DNA from: Nitrospirota bacterium | Lineage (GTDB): Bacteria > Nitrospirota > Thermodesulfovibrionia > Thermodesulfovibrionales > UBA9159 | DNA length: 62,841 nt | Reading direction: 5' to 3' | NCBI GenBank assembly: GCA_037441365.1 | Contig: JBBISG010000004.1 | Coordinates: forward strand, 1 to 62,841 | Shown: positions 48,249 to 58,917 of the stretch, in pieces | Position numbering within the stretch: the stretch's first letter is position 1 | How the letters are laid out: every line of letters starts with the position of its first letter | Notes under the pieces: model-generated | Told to the model about the DNA's origin: nothing | The model's database searches: none | Seen by the model: the letters and a program-made list of their open reading frames with translations, nothing else | Position numbers and translations under genes: made by a program

Positions 48249-49826
48249 TCAGAGATTGACCACCTTTACAGAAAGGATGTTGGGCATCTTCCTTATATCT
48301 TCTATCTGTGCCTCTGTCACAGGCGTATCGATACTAACCACAGATATGGCCCTCCCGCCTGCTGTCTCCCTCCCGAAGTGCATCCTCGCAATATTTATAT
48401 TACACTGACCGAGATAAGAACCGATATTGCCGATAACACCCGGTCTGTCATTATTGTAAATAAAGAGCATATTCCCCTCAGGTATAATCTCGACAGGGAA
48501 GCTGTTTATCCTGACTATCCTTGGGTCTTTCCTGCTGAATAACGTGCCTGACAGCTGGTTGTCCCTTCCGTCTGTCTTTAACCTGAAGACCATCATGCTC
48601 TGGTAATCACCTGCATCGGCACTCTTCGTCTCCTTGACCTCTATCCCTCTCTCCTTTGCAATGATGGGGGCGTTAACGAAATTGACTGTCTCCTCGAGGA
48701 TCGGTGTCAAAAACCCCTTCAGTGCTGCTATCGTGAGAGGTGCTGTATTCAGCTCAGATGCCTCGCCCCTGTACTCTATCGTTATCTCTGTAACTGCACC
48801 CTCAAAGACCTGCGATGCAAAACCTCCAAGCCTCTCTGCAAGGGTTAGATATGGCTGGAGTTTAGATACCTGCTCTGCAGGCACAGAGGGAAAGTTCACG
48901 GCATTCCTTATAATCCCGCGGACAAGGTAGTCTGCCACCTGCTCTGCTATGGCAATGGCAACGTTTTCCTGAGCCTCTTCTGTTGCTGCACCAAGGTGCG
49001 GGGTGCAGACAACATTGTCGAGGGTGAGCAGCGGGTTATCCCCGGGAGGCTCTTTCTCAAAGACATCGAGGGCAGCCCCTGCCACCTTCCCGCTCCTTAA
49101 TGCCTCATATATGTCAGCCTCATTTACTATGCCTCCCCTCGCACAGTTTATAATCCTGACGCCGTCCTTCATCATCTGGATGGTCTTCCTGTTAATGAGG
49201 TTCTTTGTCTCGGCTGTGAGGGGTGTATGGATCGTGATGAAATCAGATCGTTTAAAGAGTTCAGACAGTTCAACCTTTTCAATCCCCATCTCCTTCGCAT
49301 TGTCCTCGCTGAGATAGGGGTCATAACCAATAACGTTCATTCCCAATGCAAGTGCCCTCTTTGCGACCTGCCGCCCAATATTACCAATGCCTATTATCCC
49401 TATTGTTTTGTTATAAAGCTCAACGCCCATAAATCGCTTCTTTTCCCATCTGCCAGCCTTCATCGAGGCTGTCGCCTGGGGTATCTGCCTTGCGAGGGCA
49501 AACATGAGAGCAATGGTATGCTCTGCCGTTGTGATAGTATTGCCGCCTGGGGTATTCATTACGACTATACCCTTTTTAGTGGCAGCCGTCTTATCTACGT
49601 TGTCCAGGCCTGAACCAGCCCTTCCTATAACCTTCAGGTTTGTGGCTGCCTCTATGAGGTCGGCCGTCACCTTTGTTGCGCTCCTGATGATGAGACCGTG
49701 ATATTCGCCTATACATCTCTTCAGCCCTTCAGGATCCATCCCGGTCTTGACATCAACATCGAGACCTGCCATTTTGAGTATATCGAGCCCCTTCTTGGAT
49801 ATGCTATCACTTACAAGAACCCTCAT
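48249..49826 (-). CDS. serA: D-3-phosphoglycerate dehydrogenase
   Basis: GRAGSGLDNVD, NCARGG, TPHLGA, ASB + ACT domains. Confidence 0.96.
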   Translation of the reverse strand: MRVLVSDSISKKGLDILKMAGLDVDVKTGMDPEGLKRCIGEYHGLIIRSATKVTADLIEAATNLKVIGRAGSGLDNVDKTAATKKGIVVMNTPGGNTITTAEHTIALMFALARQIPQATASMKAGRWEKKRFMGVELYNKTIGIIGIGNIGRQVAKRALALGMNVIGYDPYLSEDNAKEMGIEKVELSELFKRSDFITIHTPLTAETKNLINRKTIQMMKDGVRIINCARGGIVNEADIYEALRSGKVAGAALDVFEKEPPGDNPLLTLDNVVCTPHLGAATEEAQENVAIAIAEQVADYLVRGIIRNAVNFPSVPAEQVSKLQPYLTLAERLGGFASQVFEGAVTEITIEYRGEASELNTAPLTIAALKGFLTPILEETVNFVNAPIIAKERGIEVKETKSADAGDYQSMMVFRLKTDGRDNQLSGTLFSRKDPRIVRINSFPVEIIPEGNMLFIYNNDRPGVIGNIGSYLGQCNINIARMHFGRETAGGRAISVVSIDTPVTEAQIEDIRKMPNILSVKVVNL

Positions 49827-49834
49827 CCACCCTC

Positions 49835-50977
49835 CTATTGAATCAAAAGTTCCTCAGCAACCGCAACACCTGTTCCGAGTTTAACAGGATAGCCCATCCC
49901 CTTCAACACCATCTCCACACCTGCAATTGCAGTTATGATATCAAAGGTGTCAGCATAACCGAGGTGTGCTATCCTGAATATCTTACCCTTAGCCTGTCCC
50001 TGGCCTCCAGCAGCGGTAATACCATATTTAACCCTGAGATTCTTGTATATCTCCTGGCCATCGAGACCCTTTGGGGCATTGATGGCTGTGACTGCATTGC
50101 TGTGAGACTCCTTTGAAAAAAGCTCCAGCCCTATTGACCTTACAGCCTCCCTTGTAGCATTGGCAAGCCTTCTGTGCCGCTCAAATGCATTGTCAAGACC
50201 CTCTTTCTGTAAGAGCTTCAGACATTCGTTCAATCCGATAATCAGTGTTACAGGGGATGTAAAATTCGTCTGGTTCTTTGATAGCGACTCCCTCTCCTTC
50301 TTGAAATTAAAGTAGAATCTCGGACACCTGGCACTATCTGAGAACCTCCATGCCTTTTCGCTTATTCCCACAAAGGCGAGACCAGGAGGCAGCATCAATC
50401 CCTTCTGCGAACCCCCTATTAATACATCTATGCCCCATTCATCCATCTTGAGATCATGGGCAACGAGGGCTGATATGGCATCGACAACAAGGATCGTCCC
50501 ATCGTATCTCCTGACTATGGAGGCTATCGCCTCTATGTCATGATAAACACCTGTGGATGTCTCCGATGCCTGGACAAAAACCCCTTTAATGGTAGGGTCT
50601 TCCTTTAATACCTTTTCCACATCCTCGGGCCTCACGGCGTACCCCCACTCAAGTTTTATCTCCCGGACCTCAAGACCATATGCCTTGCATATCTTTGTCC
50701 ACCTCTCACCGAAGTTTCCAGCGTTTATCACGAGGACCTTATCTTCCGGGCTGAAGAAGTTATTTACAGAGCCTACCATTCCGCCTGTCCCTGTTGAACA
50801 GAGGATGAGAACATCGTTTTTTGTCTGGTAGAGCCATTGAAGACCTTTCTTGGCTGCATCGAGCACAGGGATAAAGTCAGGAGACCTGTGATGGAGCACT
50901 GGCATCGCCATCGCAAGCAGTGCCTCCGATGGCACAGGCGTCGGTCCTGGGGCAAGCAGATATCTTTTCAACATCAA
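49835..50977 (-). CDS. class V aminotransferase (serine-pyruvate/AGAT-like, probably serC role)
   Basis: PGPTP, ETSTG, GSQKGLM; adjacent to serA. Confidence 0.88.
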   Translation of the reverse strand: MMLKRYLLAPGPTPVPSEALLAMAMPVLHHRSPDFIPVLDAAKKGLQWLYQTKNDVLILCSTGTGGMVGSVNNFFSPEDKVLVINAGNFGERWTKICKAYGLEVREIKLEWGYAVRPEDVEKVLKEDPTIKGVFVQASETSTGVYHDIEAIASIVRRYDGTILVVDAISALVAHDLKMDEWGIDVLIGGSQKGLMLPPGLAFVGISEKAWRFSDSARCPRFYFNFKKERESLSKNQTNFTSPVTLIIGLNECLKLLQKEGLDNAFERHRRLANATREAVRSIGLELFSKESHSNAVTAINAPKGLDGQEIYKNLRVKYGITAAGGQGQAKGKIFRIAHLGYADTFDIITAIAGVEMVLKGMGYPVKLGTGVAVAEELLIQ

Positions 50978-51003
50978 AACCTCCTTTAGTTCAGTTAGTG
51001 GAT

Positions 51004-51063
51004 GCCGTTCTGAGCACAGCGATGAATCCCTTAAAACGAGACCTTCACTCTGTTCAGGGTGAC
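51004..51063. repeat. degenerate bipartite REP-like element
   Basis: GCCGTTCTGAGCACAGCGATG...CTTCACTCTGTTCAGGGTGAC imperfect inverted repeat in an intergenic region. Confidence 0.6.
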
Positions 51064-51158
51064 AACCTCTCGACTTTTATGATTTTTAGCTTATCTTATG
51101 GAACGCCCTCTGGTCAAGGTCGCTTTACAATAATCTTGTTAGATTAGTATAATTGATT

Positions 51159-52628
51159 ATGAAGAAAAAAATCTTTATAATCAGCATAACTGTCCTCCTG
51201 ATAGGCTTTTTTCTCGGTGGGGTCTCCTTTTATATCCTCAGCAAGAATGTCACCCAGCCCTCTATCCGCCCTACATTTACCCCGAGGGTCCCGGGCCAGA
51301 TTCTGGAGACGAGCAAGGCATTTTCCGAGATAGCGAGTGCTGTTTCGCCAGCTGTTGTTAATATCTCGACCACAAAGGTCATCCGCCGTGATACCTCGCC
51401 ATTTTCAGAAGACCCATTTTTTGATTTTTTCAGGCCATTTCACGACTTCGGTCTTCCAAAGAAGTGGAAGGAACAGAGCCTCGGCTCAGGGGTTATCATA
51501 TCCAGTGACGGTTACATAATCACAAACAATCATGTTGTTGAGAAGTCAGAAGATATAAGGGTAACCCTGTTTGACAAGAGGAGTTTCAAAGGCAAGGTCG
51601 TTGGTGCAGATCCCAAAACAGACATAGCAGTAGTTAAGGTCTCGGCAAACAGGCTTCCGACAGCGCGATGGGGTGATTCAGACCAATTGCAGGTAGGGGA
51701 ATTTGTCCTCGCCATAGGTAATCCCTTCGGTCTGAGCCATACAGTAACGATGGGGATAATAAGTGCGGTTGGAAGGGCAAATGTGGGAATTGCCGATTAT
51801 GAGGACTTTATACAGACCGACGCTGCGATCAACCCCGGTAATTCAGGGGGGCCGCTCGTAAACATAAGGGGTGAACTCATAGGCATAAATACCGCCATAT
51901 TTTCGAGGAGTGGCGGCTATCAGGGTATAGGCTTTGCTGTGCCGAGCAATATGGCGCGTCTTGTAGTTGACCAGCTTATAAAGCAGGGCAAGATCGTAAG
52001 GGGTTGGCTTGGTGTTACTATCCAGGATGTCACACCCGAGCTTTCACAGAAGTTCGGCCTTAAAGATTCAAAGGGCGCCCTGGTCAGTGATATCTTAAAG
52101 GGCAGTCCTGCTGAAAAGGCAGGCATCATGAGAGGGGATGTGATCCTTGAGTTTAACGGAAAGGAGATCAAGAGTGTTGGAGGCCTCAGGAATATGGTCT
52201 CACAGAGCAAGGTGGGTTCTCAGGTAACGCTGAAAATCCTCAGGGGAGGCAGGGAATACAAACTGACAGCCGTGATCGTCGAGCTTCCCAGAGAGATGGC
52301 AGAGGCTCCTCAGGAACCGTCGCCAGAGGATATACAGAGGAATTCCTTCTCAGGGGTCACGGTAATGGACCTCACAAGGGATATTGCAAGGCAGTTAGGC
52401 CTCGGCAGCACTGAAAGAGGTGCGGTTGTTGTTAAGGTCGAGCCAGGCAGCGCAGCAGACGAGGCAGGCCTTCGGAAAGGCGATGTGATTCAAGAGATAG
52501 ACAAAAAGAGGATAACAGGGCTTGAGGACTTTAACAGGATTGCGGGGGCTATAGGACCTGGCGAGACCGCACTGCTCTTTATAAACAGGGGAGGGAGAAA
52601 ATTCTATATCACGATAAAGGGCTCATAA
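51159..52628 (+). CDS. DegP/DegQ (HtrA) serine protease
   Basis: TNNHV, TDIAV, INPGNSGG, two PDZ domains. Confidence 0.95.
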   Translation: MKKKIFIISITVLLIGFFLGGVSFYILSKNVTQPSIRPTFTPRVPGQILETSKAFSEIASAVSPAVVNISTTKVIRRDTSPFSEDPFFDFFRPFHDFGLPKKWKEQSLGSGVIISSDGYIITNNHVVEKSEDIRVTLFDKRSFKGKVVGADPKTDIAVVKVSANRLPTARWGDSDQLQVGEFVLAIGNPFGLSHTVTMGIISAVGRANVGIADYEDFIQTDAAINPGNSGGPLVNIRGELIGINTAIFSRSGGYQGIGFAVPSNMARLVVDQLIKQGKIVRGWLGVTIQDVTPELSQKFGLKDSKGALVSDILKGSPAEKAGIMRGDVILEFNGKEIKSVGGLRNMVSQSKVGSQVTLKILRGGREYKLTAVIVELPREMAEAPQEPSPEDIQRNSFSGVTVMDLTRDIARQLGLGSTERGAVVVKVEPGSAADEAGLRKGDVIQEIDKKRITGLEDFNRIAGAIGPGETALLFINRGGRKFYITIKGS

Positions 52629-52637
52629 AGAAAGGGG

Positions 52638-53648
52638 GTGAAATGGATGGTATTTGTTATAAGAATACTGATCTTACTGTCATTTGTATTATCAGGTTAT
52701 TTTCTGGGGTTAAGGTATAACGCATTCATCGAAGGAAGTGTCCTCGGTGCTATATGCGGGATGGTAGTCCTGCTGATAGAAAGGTTATTCAGAAACGCCC
52801 CAACTGGCAGAATCATCGGAGGCATTGCAGGGCTTGCTATTGGTCTCATCTTTGCAAACCTCCTCATTTTCCCCTTGAAGGGGATCATCCCTGACATCTC
52901 TATTGTGGCATTTGTCATGGATGCATTACTCGGCTATGGCGGACTCCTTGTCGGGATAAAGAGGGGAGAAAACCTTACAGTATCAGGCCTGTTCAGGGTC
53001 TTCAAGGGTCAGGGTACGGAAGAACACTTAAAGATCCTGGATACAAGTGTCATTATTGATGGCAGGATAGCCGATGTCTGTGAGGCAGGCTTCCTCGACG
53101 GTGTATTCCTTGTACCTCAGTTCATACTCCAGGAACTCCAGCATATAGCTGATTCGCCGGACCCTCTCAAAAGGGCCCGGGGTAGACGAGGGCTCGATAT
53201 ACTCCACAGGATTCAGAAGATGGCCCACATAACGGTCAGGATAACAGATGAGGACTTCCCGAAGATAAGGGAAGTGGATTCAAAGCTCGTTGCCCTCGCC
53301 CGCGTCCATGATGCCAAGGTGATCACCAATGACTTCAACCTCAACAAGGTAGCCGAGCTTCAGGGGGTTACTGTATTAAACATAAATGAACTCGCCAATG
53401 CCCTGAAGCCTGTTGTCCTGCCAGGCGAGACGCTAAAGATATTCGTTATCAAAGAAGGCAAGGAATATAATCAGGGGGTTGCCTATCTTGATGACGGGAC
53501 AATGGTCGTTGTGGAAAACGGCAGAAGACTTATCGGGAAGAATGCTGAGGTCACTGTCACAAGCGTTCTGCAGACAACGGCAGGCAGGATGATATTTTCC
53601 AAGGCGAGGGAAGAATACGAGAGGGAGGAATACAGGGCAGTGAAATGA
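52638..53648 (+). CDS. PIN/TRAM membrane protein (YacL-like)
   Basis: LDTSVIIDGRI, TNDFNLNK, GRMIF; upstream of ispD. Confidence 0.92.
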   Translation: MKWMVFVIRILILLSFVLSGYFLGLRYNAFIEGSVLGAICGMVVLLIERLFRNAPTGRIIGGIAGLAIGLIFANLLIFPLKGIIPDISIVAFVMDALLGYGGLLVGIKRGENLTVSGLFRVFKGQGTEEHLKILDTSVIIDGRIADVCEAGFLDGVFLVPQFILQELQHIADSPDPLKRARGRRGLDILHRIQKMAHITVRITDEDFPKIREVDSKLVALARVHDAKVITNDFNLNKVAELQGVTVLNINELANALKPVVLPGETLKIFVIKEGKEYNQGVAYLDDGTMVVVENGRRLIGKNAEVTVTSVLQTTAGRMIFSKAREEYEREEYRAVK

Positions 53649-53720
53649 CACTAAAGGGGCTTGCCCCTTTAAGACCCCGGAAATAAAATGCTTAAAGGGT
53701 TTGGGGGAGACTCTCCCGCA

Positions 53721-54434
53721 ATGAAAGGGAGTATCATAGCGATTGTGCCAGCGGCCGGCCTCGGAAAGAGGTTCGGCCCTGACACCACGAAGACCTTCCA
53801 CATGCTTCTTAATAAACCACTGATTATCTGGGCCCTCGAAACGCTTGAAGGGATAGGTGAGATAAAAGAGATCATTCCTGTCTTAAGAGAGGAAGATATG
53901 GAGATGGGGGTGGAGTTATTTGAGAGGCATAACCTGACAAAGATTAAGAGGGTCGCCCCTGGTGGAAGGGAGAGGCAGGACTCTGTTTATAGCGGGCTCA
54001 GGCTGTCCAGGGGAGAGGCCGATATAGTGCTCATCCATGATGGTGCGAGACCTCTCATCGAAAGGGAGACGGTGAGAGAGGCGATCAGTAATATAAAGGG
54101 TTGCGATGGTGTTGTGGTTGGAGTCCCTGTTAAGGATACAATAAAAGAGGTAGAAGGCAATACTGTAAAAAGGACATTGAGGCGCGATGAGATATGGGCG
54201 GTTCAGACGCCTCAGATCTTCATGTATGATTCTGTCATGAGGGCCTATGATGATGCAATGGCAGAGAGATTTTACTGCACCGATGATTCTGCACTTGTAG
54301 AGAGGACCGGTGGCAAGGTGAAGATCATCAGGGGCTCATATTCGAACATAAAGATCACCACACCAGAGGATATCCTTGTAGCAGAGGCATTGTTGAAAGA
54401 AAGGATGCGTGATGAGAATTGGTATAGGCTATGA
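53721..54434 (+). CDS. ispD: 2-C-methyl-D-erythritol 4-phosphate cytidylyltransferase
   Basis: PAAGLGKRF, IHDGARP, QTPQ, NIKIT. Confidence 0.95.
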   Translation: MKGSIIAIVPAAGLGKRFGPDTTKTFHMLLNKPLIIWALETLEGIGEIKEIIPVLREEDMEMGVELFERHNLTKIKRVAPGGRERQDSVYSGLRLSRGEADIVLIHDGARPLIERETVREAISNIKGCDGVVVGVPVKDTIKEVEGNTVKRTLRRDEIWAVQTPQIFMYDSVMRAYDDAMAERFYCTDDSALVERTGGKVKIIRGSYSNIKITTPEDILVAEALLKERMRDENWYRL

Positions 54435-54885
54435 TTCCCACAGACTGCTCAAGGGCAGAAGACTCATCATCGGTGGTGTTGAGATAGAATCCGAAAGGGG
54501 TCTCCTCGGCCATTCAGACGGTGATGTGCTCTGTCACGCCATTATTGATTCTGTAATAGGCGCCCTCGGTGTAGGTGACATAGGACGGCATTTCCCTGAT
54601 TCTGATCCAAAATGGAAGGATGCATCGAGCATAGAGATGCTAAAATATATAGCTGAACTCACCTCTGCGAATGGCTACGAAGTGGCATGGATCGACTCAA
54701 CTGTCATCGCAGAGGAGCCACGGCTGGCGCCGCATATAGAGCGGATGAAAGAGGTCATATCCAGCGCAGGAATCCCATCAGGCAATATAAATATAAAGGC
54801 AAAGACCGATGAGGGTATGGGATTTATTGGTCGCGGAGAGGGAATTGCGGCATACGCGGTATGTCTGCTAAAGAAGATCGGATAG
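54409..54885 (+). CDS. ispF: MECDP synthase
   Basis: GYDSH, GHSDGDV, DIGRHFP. Confidence 0.95.
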   Translation: MMRIGIGYDSHRLLKGRRLIIGGVEIESERGLLGHSDGDVLCHAIIDSVIGALGVGDIGRHFPDSDPKWKDASSIEMLKYIAELTSANGYEVAWIDSTVIAEEPRLAPHIERMKEVISSAGIPSGNINIKAKTDEGMGFIGRGEGIAAYAVCLLKKIG

Positions 54886-56759
54886 TGATAAAAGAGGCAG
54901 ATTACGATGTAATAGTCATAGGGGCAGGCCATGCAGGGTGTGAGGCTGCCCTTGCATCTGCGCGGATGGGCATGTCTACCTGTATATTTACGATGAACCT
55001 CGATACAATTGCGCAGATGTCATGCAATCCTGCTATAGGTGGTCTGGCAAAGGGACACCTCGTCAGAGAGATAGATGCCCTTGGCGGCGAAATGGCAAAA
55101 AATACAGACAGGGCAGGGATACAGTTCAGGATGCTCAATCAGTCTAAGGGCCCTGCTGTATGGTCATTAAGGGCACAGACAGACAGGGTGATTTACAGGC
55201 TTTCAATGAGGAAGGTCCTCGAATCCCAGGAAGGCCTCGACATAAAGCAGGCAACCGTTGAAAGAATTATTGTGGAAGGTAGAAAGGTGAAGGGGGTTTT
55301 AACATCCCTCGGAACCTGCTATGGAGCAAAGGCCGTCATAGTGACAGCAGGGACATTTCTTAATGGATTGATCCATATCGGACTCGACAGTTTCCCTTCG
55401 GGAAGGGCAGGGGAGTTTCCATCTCTGGGACTCTCTGATTCGTTGAGGACGCTCGGGCTAAAGATGGGCAGGCTCAAGACAGGGACTCCACCGAGGCTCG
55501 ATTCAAAGACCATTGATTTCTCAAAGACAGTGCCACAGCATGGGGATGCCCCTCCCCAGCCATTTTCTTACAGCACAGATGAGATTAAAAATCCACAACT
55601 CCCCTGCTATATAACCTATACAAATGTGGAAACTCACAGGATAATCCTTGGCAATCTCGATCGTTCACCACTTTACAGCGGCAGGATAAAGGGCACAGGT
55701 CCTCGATACTGCCCGTCCATAGAAGACAAGGTGGTCAGGTTTTCAGAAAGGGAGAGGCATCAGGTCTTCCTTGAACCCGAAGGTCTTGATACAAAGGAAT
55801 ATTATGCAAACGGAATCTCCACAAGTCTCCCCTATGACGTGCAGGTCAAGCTCGTCAGGACAATCCAGGGGCTCGAGGAAGCAGAAATAATGAGGCCTGG
55901 ATATGCCATTGAATATGACTTCGTCTTTCCAACCCAGTTAAAACACAGCCTTGAGACAAAATCCATAGAGGGACTATTCCTTGCAGGGCAGATCAATGGC
56001 ACATCAGGCTATGAGGAGGCCGCTGCACAGGGATTGATGGCTGGAATCAATGCCTCACTTAAGATTAAGGGGGGAAACCCACTCATCCTTGGAAGACATG
56101 AGGCCTACATAGGCGTTCTTATTGATGACCTTGTCACAAAGGGCACAAGCGAGCCATACCGGATGTTTACATCAAGGGCAGAGTACAGACTCCTCCTGAG
56201 ACACGACAATGCAGATTCAAGGTTAATGGAGAAGGGCAGCAGTATCGGACTTCTTCACGAATCTGTTTACAGAAGGTCCAGAGAGAAGCAGATACTCATA
56301 GAAGCTGAGATCTTAAGGCTTAAAAATACAAGGCTTAAACCATCTGTAATTAATGAGGGCTTGATCGCCTTACAGACATCGCCCATTAAAGAAGACACCA
56401 CACTGGATCAGATACTTAAAAGGCCTGAAATAGACTATGGTTTCATAAGGAGAGTCTCCCCACCAGAGAAACCCCTGTCAGAAGATATCAGTAGAGCGGT
56501 CGAGATCGAGATCAAATACAGTGGCTACATTACCAGGCAGAAGGAGATGGCAGAGAGGTTAAAGAGGATGGAGAAAAAGAGGATACCCGAGGATTTTGAT
56601 TACACCTCTCTGAGCGGGCTTTCAAAGGAAGTGGTCTCAAGGCTCGATGAGGTGAGGCCAGAAAGTATAGGCCAGGCAAGCAGGATCCCTGGGGTAACAC
56701 CTGCAGCGATTTCGCTCATACTGATCGCGATAGAGAAAGGGCGCCACAAAAGGATATAG
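54861..56759 (+). CDS. mnmG: tRNA uridine-5-carboxymethylaminomethyl modification enzyme
   Basis: GAGHAGCEAA, MSCNPAIGG, GPRYCPSIEDK, GQINGTSGYEEAA; start may be GTG 54885. Confidence 0.97.
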   Translation: MSAKEDRIVIKEADYDVIVIGAGHAGCEAALASARMGMSTCIFTMNLDTIAQMSCNPAIGGLAKGHLVREIDALGGEMAKNTDRAGIQFRMLNQSKGPAVWSLRAQTDRVIYRLSMRKVLESQEGLDIKQATVERIIVEGRKVKGVLTSLGTCYGAKAVIVTAGTFLNGLIHIGLDSFPSGRAGEFPSLGLSDSLRTLGLKMGRLKTGTPPRLDSKTIDFSKTVPQHGDAPPQPFSYSTDEIKNPQLPCYITYTNVETHRIILGNLDRSPLYSGRIKGTGPRYCPSIEDKVVRFSERERHQVFLEPEGLDTKEYYANGISTSLPYDVQVKLVRTIQGLEEAEIMRPGYAIEYDFVFPTQLKHSLETKSIEGLFLAGQINGTSGYEEAAAQGLMAGINASLKIKGGNPLILGRHEAYIGVLIDDLVTKGTSEPYRMFTSRAEYRLLLRHDNADSRLMEKGSSIGLLHESVYRRSREKQILIEAEILRLKNTRLKPSVINEGLIALQTSPIKEDTTLDQILKRPEIDYGFIRRVSPPEKPLSEDISRAVEIEIKYSGYITRQKEMAERLKRMEKKRIPEDFDYTSLSGLSKEVVSRLDEVRPESIGQASRIPGVTPAAISLILIAIEKGRHKRI

Positions 56760-57551
56760 ATGCATCCCCTATCATCTCCGGAATCAATCCTTATTAAGGG
56801 ATTAAAGGCACTCTCTCTCACCCATCTAACAGAACACCTCAATGCCTTTATGACCTATCTCTCTGAACTCAAGAAATGGAACAGGGCCTATAACCTCACC
56901 TCGCTTAAGACAGATGAGGACATTATCATCAAGCACTTTCTCGATTCTCTCCTTTACCTTAAGGCAATGCCTCATGGTGAGATAAGAGTCATGGATGTAG
57001 GCAGCGGTGCAGGCTTTCCCGGCATACCGATAAAAATAGTAAGACCCGAGATCGAGATGTATCTCGTGGAACCAAAACGGAAGAAGGCAGCATTCTTGAG
57101 GCACATGATCGGTACTCTCCGAATCAGTAATATCGAGGTTGTGGAAAAGCGGGTCGAGGACCTCGAGTCGATGGATGTTGATGTTGCTGTAACAAGGGCA
57201 CTCTTTGACATAAGAGACTTCTGTAAAAAACTCTCCCCTGTCCTTGAAAGGGGAGGCATTCTGATACTCAGCAAAGGCCCGAAGGTGACTGAGGAATTGG
57301 AGCAGCTCGGGAAGGCCGACCTGAACTACAGGGTGTTAACCATTGCAATACCGCTTACTGATATCAAACGGCATATTGTGGTAATTAAAAAGAGCACTTC
57401 GCACGGAAGCCATGCTGAAAAGGGCATCTCCTACAACGTCTGGCAGTCACCACAAAGATCATCCCCCATCTGTTTCAATCTTGAATGCCGCCTGAGAAGG
57501 GCAGGCTGCAGGGGGTTTGAAGGCTGTCCAGGGTTTAAGGCAAGACCCTGA
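56760..57551 (+). CDS. rsmG: 16S rRNA m7G527 methyltransferase with Cys-rich tail
   Basis: WNRAYNLT, HFLDSL, DVGSGAGFPGIP; follows mnmG. Confidence 0.92.
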   Translation: MHPLSSPESILIKGLKALSLTHLTEHLNAFMTYLSELKKWNRAYNLTSLKTDEDIIIKHFLDSLLYLKAMPHGEIRVMDVGSGAGFPGIPIKIVRPEIEMYLVEPKRKKAAFLRHMIGTLRISNIEVVEKRVEDLESMDVDVAVTRALFDIRDFCKKLSPVLERGGILILSKGPKVTEELEQLGKADLNYRVLTIAIPLTDIKRHIVVIKKSTSHGSHAEKGISYNVWQSPQRSSPICFNLECRLRRAGCRGFEGCPGFKARP

Positions 57552-57598
57552 GAAATGTATGGTTTGACTTATCTTCTCTATATAAGTTAATTTTCTAT

Positions 57599-57847
57599 AT
57601 GGAGTTTATCCCAAAAACTATGCTTATATTACTGATCTTTTTATTTACGGTATTTGTTAACCTCCCCTTCGGCTATCTCAGAAAAAGGGCAAGAAGGTTC
57701 TCATTCAAGTGGTTTCTCTACATCCACCTCCCCATACCAGTTATAATCCTCGTGAGGATACTCTCACAGATCGACTTTAGATATATCCCCATCTTTATCC
57801 TTGCCTCTGTCATAGGTCAGGCATGGGGGGGCAGGATGGAGTTTTAG
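57599..57847 (+). CDS. small membrane protein
   Basis: NLPFGYLR...WFLYIHLPIP; promoter TTGACT upstream. Confidence 0.7.
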   Translation: MEFIPKTMLILLIFLFTVFVNLPFGYLRKRARRFSFKWFLYIHLPIPVIILVRILSQIDFRYIPIFILASVIGQAWGGRMEF

Positions 57848-57849
57848 CC

Positions 57850-58863
57850 TTGCTTTCAGCCGTACTCGTTGAACCAAACAGGATAGAGCTGAGGGAGATA
57901 GAGACCCCAAGACCATCATACGGCGAGGTCCTTATAAAAATCAAGGCGGCCCTCACCTGCGGCACAGATTTAAAGGCATTTCTCAGGGGACATCCAATGA
58001 TACCAATGCCAGGCGTATTTGGACACGAATTCTCTGGCATTATAGCAGAAGTCGACATGGGGGTTAAAGGCTTTAAGGCAGGGGATGAAATAATGGCGGT
58101 TCATAGCGCACCATGCCTTAAATGCAGATACTGCAAAAAAAAGCTCTACAACCTCTGTGAAAATATAATGAACACAAAGGTCATGGGCGCATTTGCTGAA
58201 TATATACTGCTGCCTCCACATATAGTCAAACAAAATCTCTTTCATAAACCTGCAAATCTGGGCTTTGAAGAGGCGGCACTGCTTGAGCCGCTTTCATGCG
58301 TGGTTCATGGGATGCATGGATTGAACATTAAAAAAGGGGACAGGGTATTGATAATCGGCACAGGGCCAATCGGGCTTCTGCACCTTTCTCTGGCAAAACT
58401 AAAAGGATCTGAAGTCATTATTACAGGGTTAGAGCACGAAAGGCTCGATCTTGCCAGAAGCCTCGGAGCGGATGTAACAGTATTGCCGTCAGAGCTTGTA
58501 GGCGCCATAGATGAATTCACCGACGGCCTCGGTGTAGATTTTGTCTTTGAGTGCACAGGACAGATAGATGTCTGGACTGATTCGGTGAATTATCTAAGAA
58601 GGGGTGGAACGGTTGTCCTGTTCGGTGGTGTAAAAACAGGAACCGCGGTGACATATGATACATACAGGCTACACTATGATGAGATAACCGTGAAAGGGGC
58701 CTTCCATTTCACACCACAGGATGTGAAAAAGGCATATGACCTCCTCAATGGCGGTATCAATGTTTCACCGCTGATAAGCGGTTACTACCCTTTAAGTGAA
58801 CTCGGTATTGCGCTTGAAAGGCTGTCAAAAGGTGAGGGGATTAAATATGCAATCGTCCCGTGA
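57850..58863 (+). CDS. zinc-dependent MDR alcohol/polyol dehydrogenase
   Basis: CGTD, GHE, CxxCxxC...C, GTGPIG; likely TTG start 57850. Confidence 0.9.
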   Translation: MLSAVLVEPNRIELREIETPRPSYGEVLIKIKAALTCGTDLKAFLRGHPMIPMPGVFGHEFSGIIAEVDMGVKGFKAGDEIMAVHSAPCLKCRYCKKKLYNLCENIMNTKVMGAFAEYILLPPHIVKQNLFHKPANLGFEEAALLEPLSCVVHGMHGLNIKKGDRVLIIGTGPIGLLHLSLAKLKGSEVIITGLEHERLDLARSLGADVTVLPSELVGAIDEFTDGLGVDFVFECTGQIDVWTDSVNYLRRGGTVVLFGGVKTGTAVTYDTYRLHYDEITVKGAFHFTPQDVKKAYDLLNGGINVSPLISGYYPLSELGIALERLSKGEGIKYAIVP

Positions 58864-58917
58864 ATACATACCTGTTACAATCGACAAAAGCAACATAAAG
58901 GCGAGAAGTGGTTTAAG

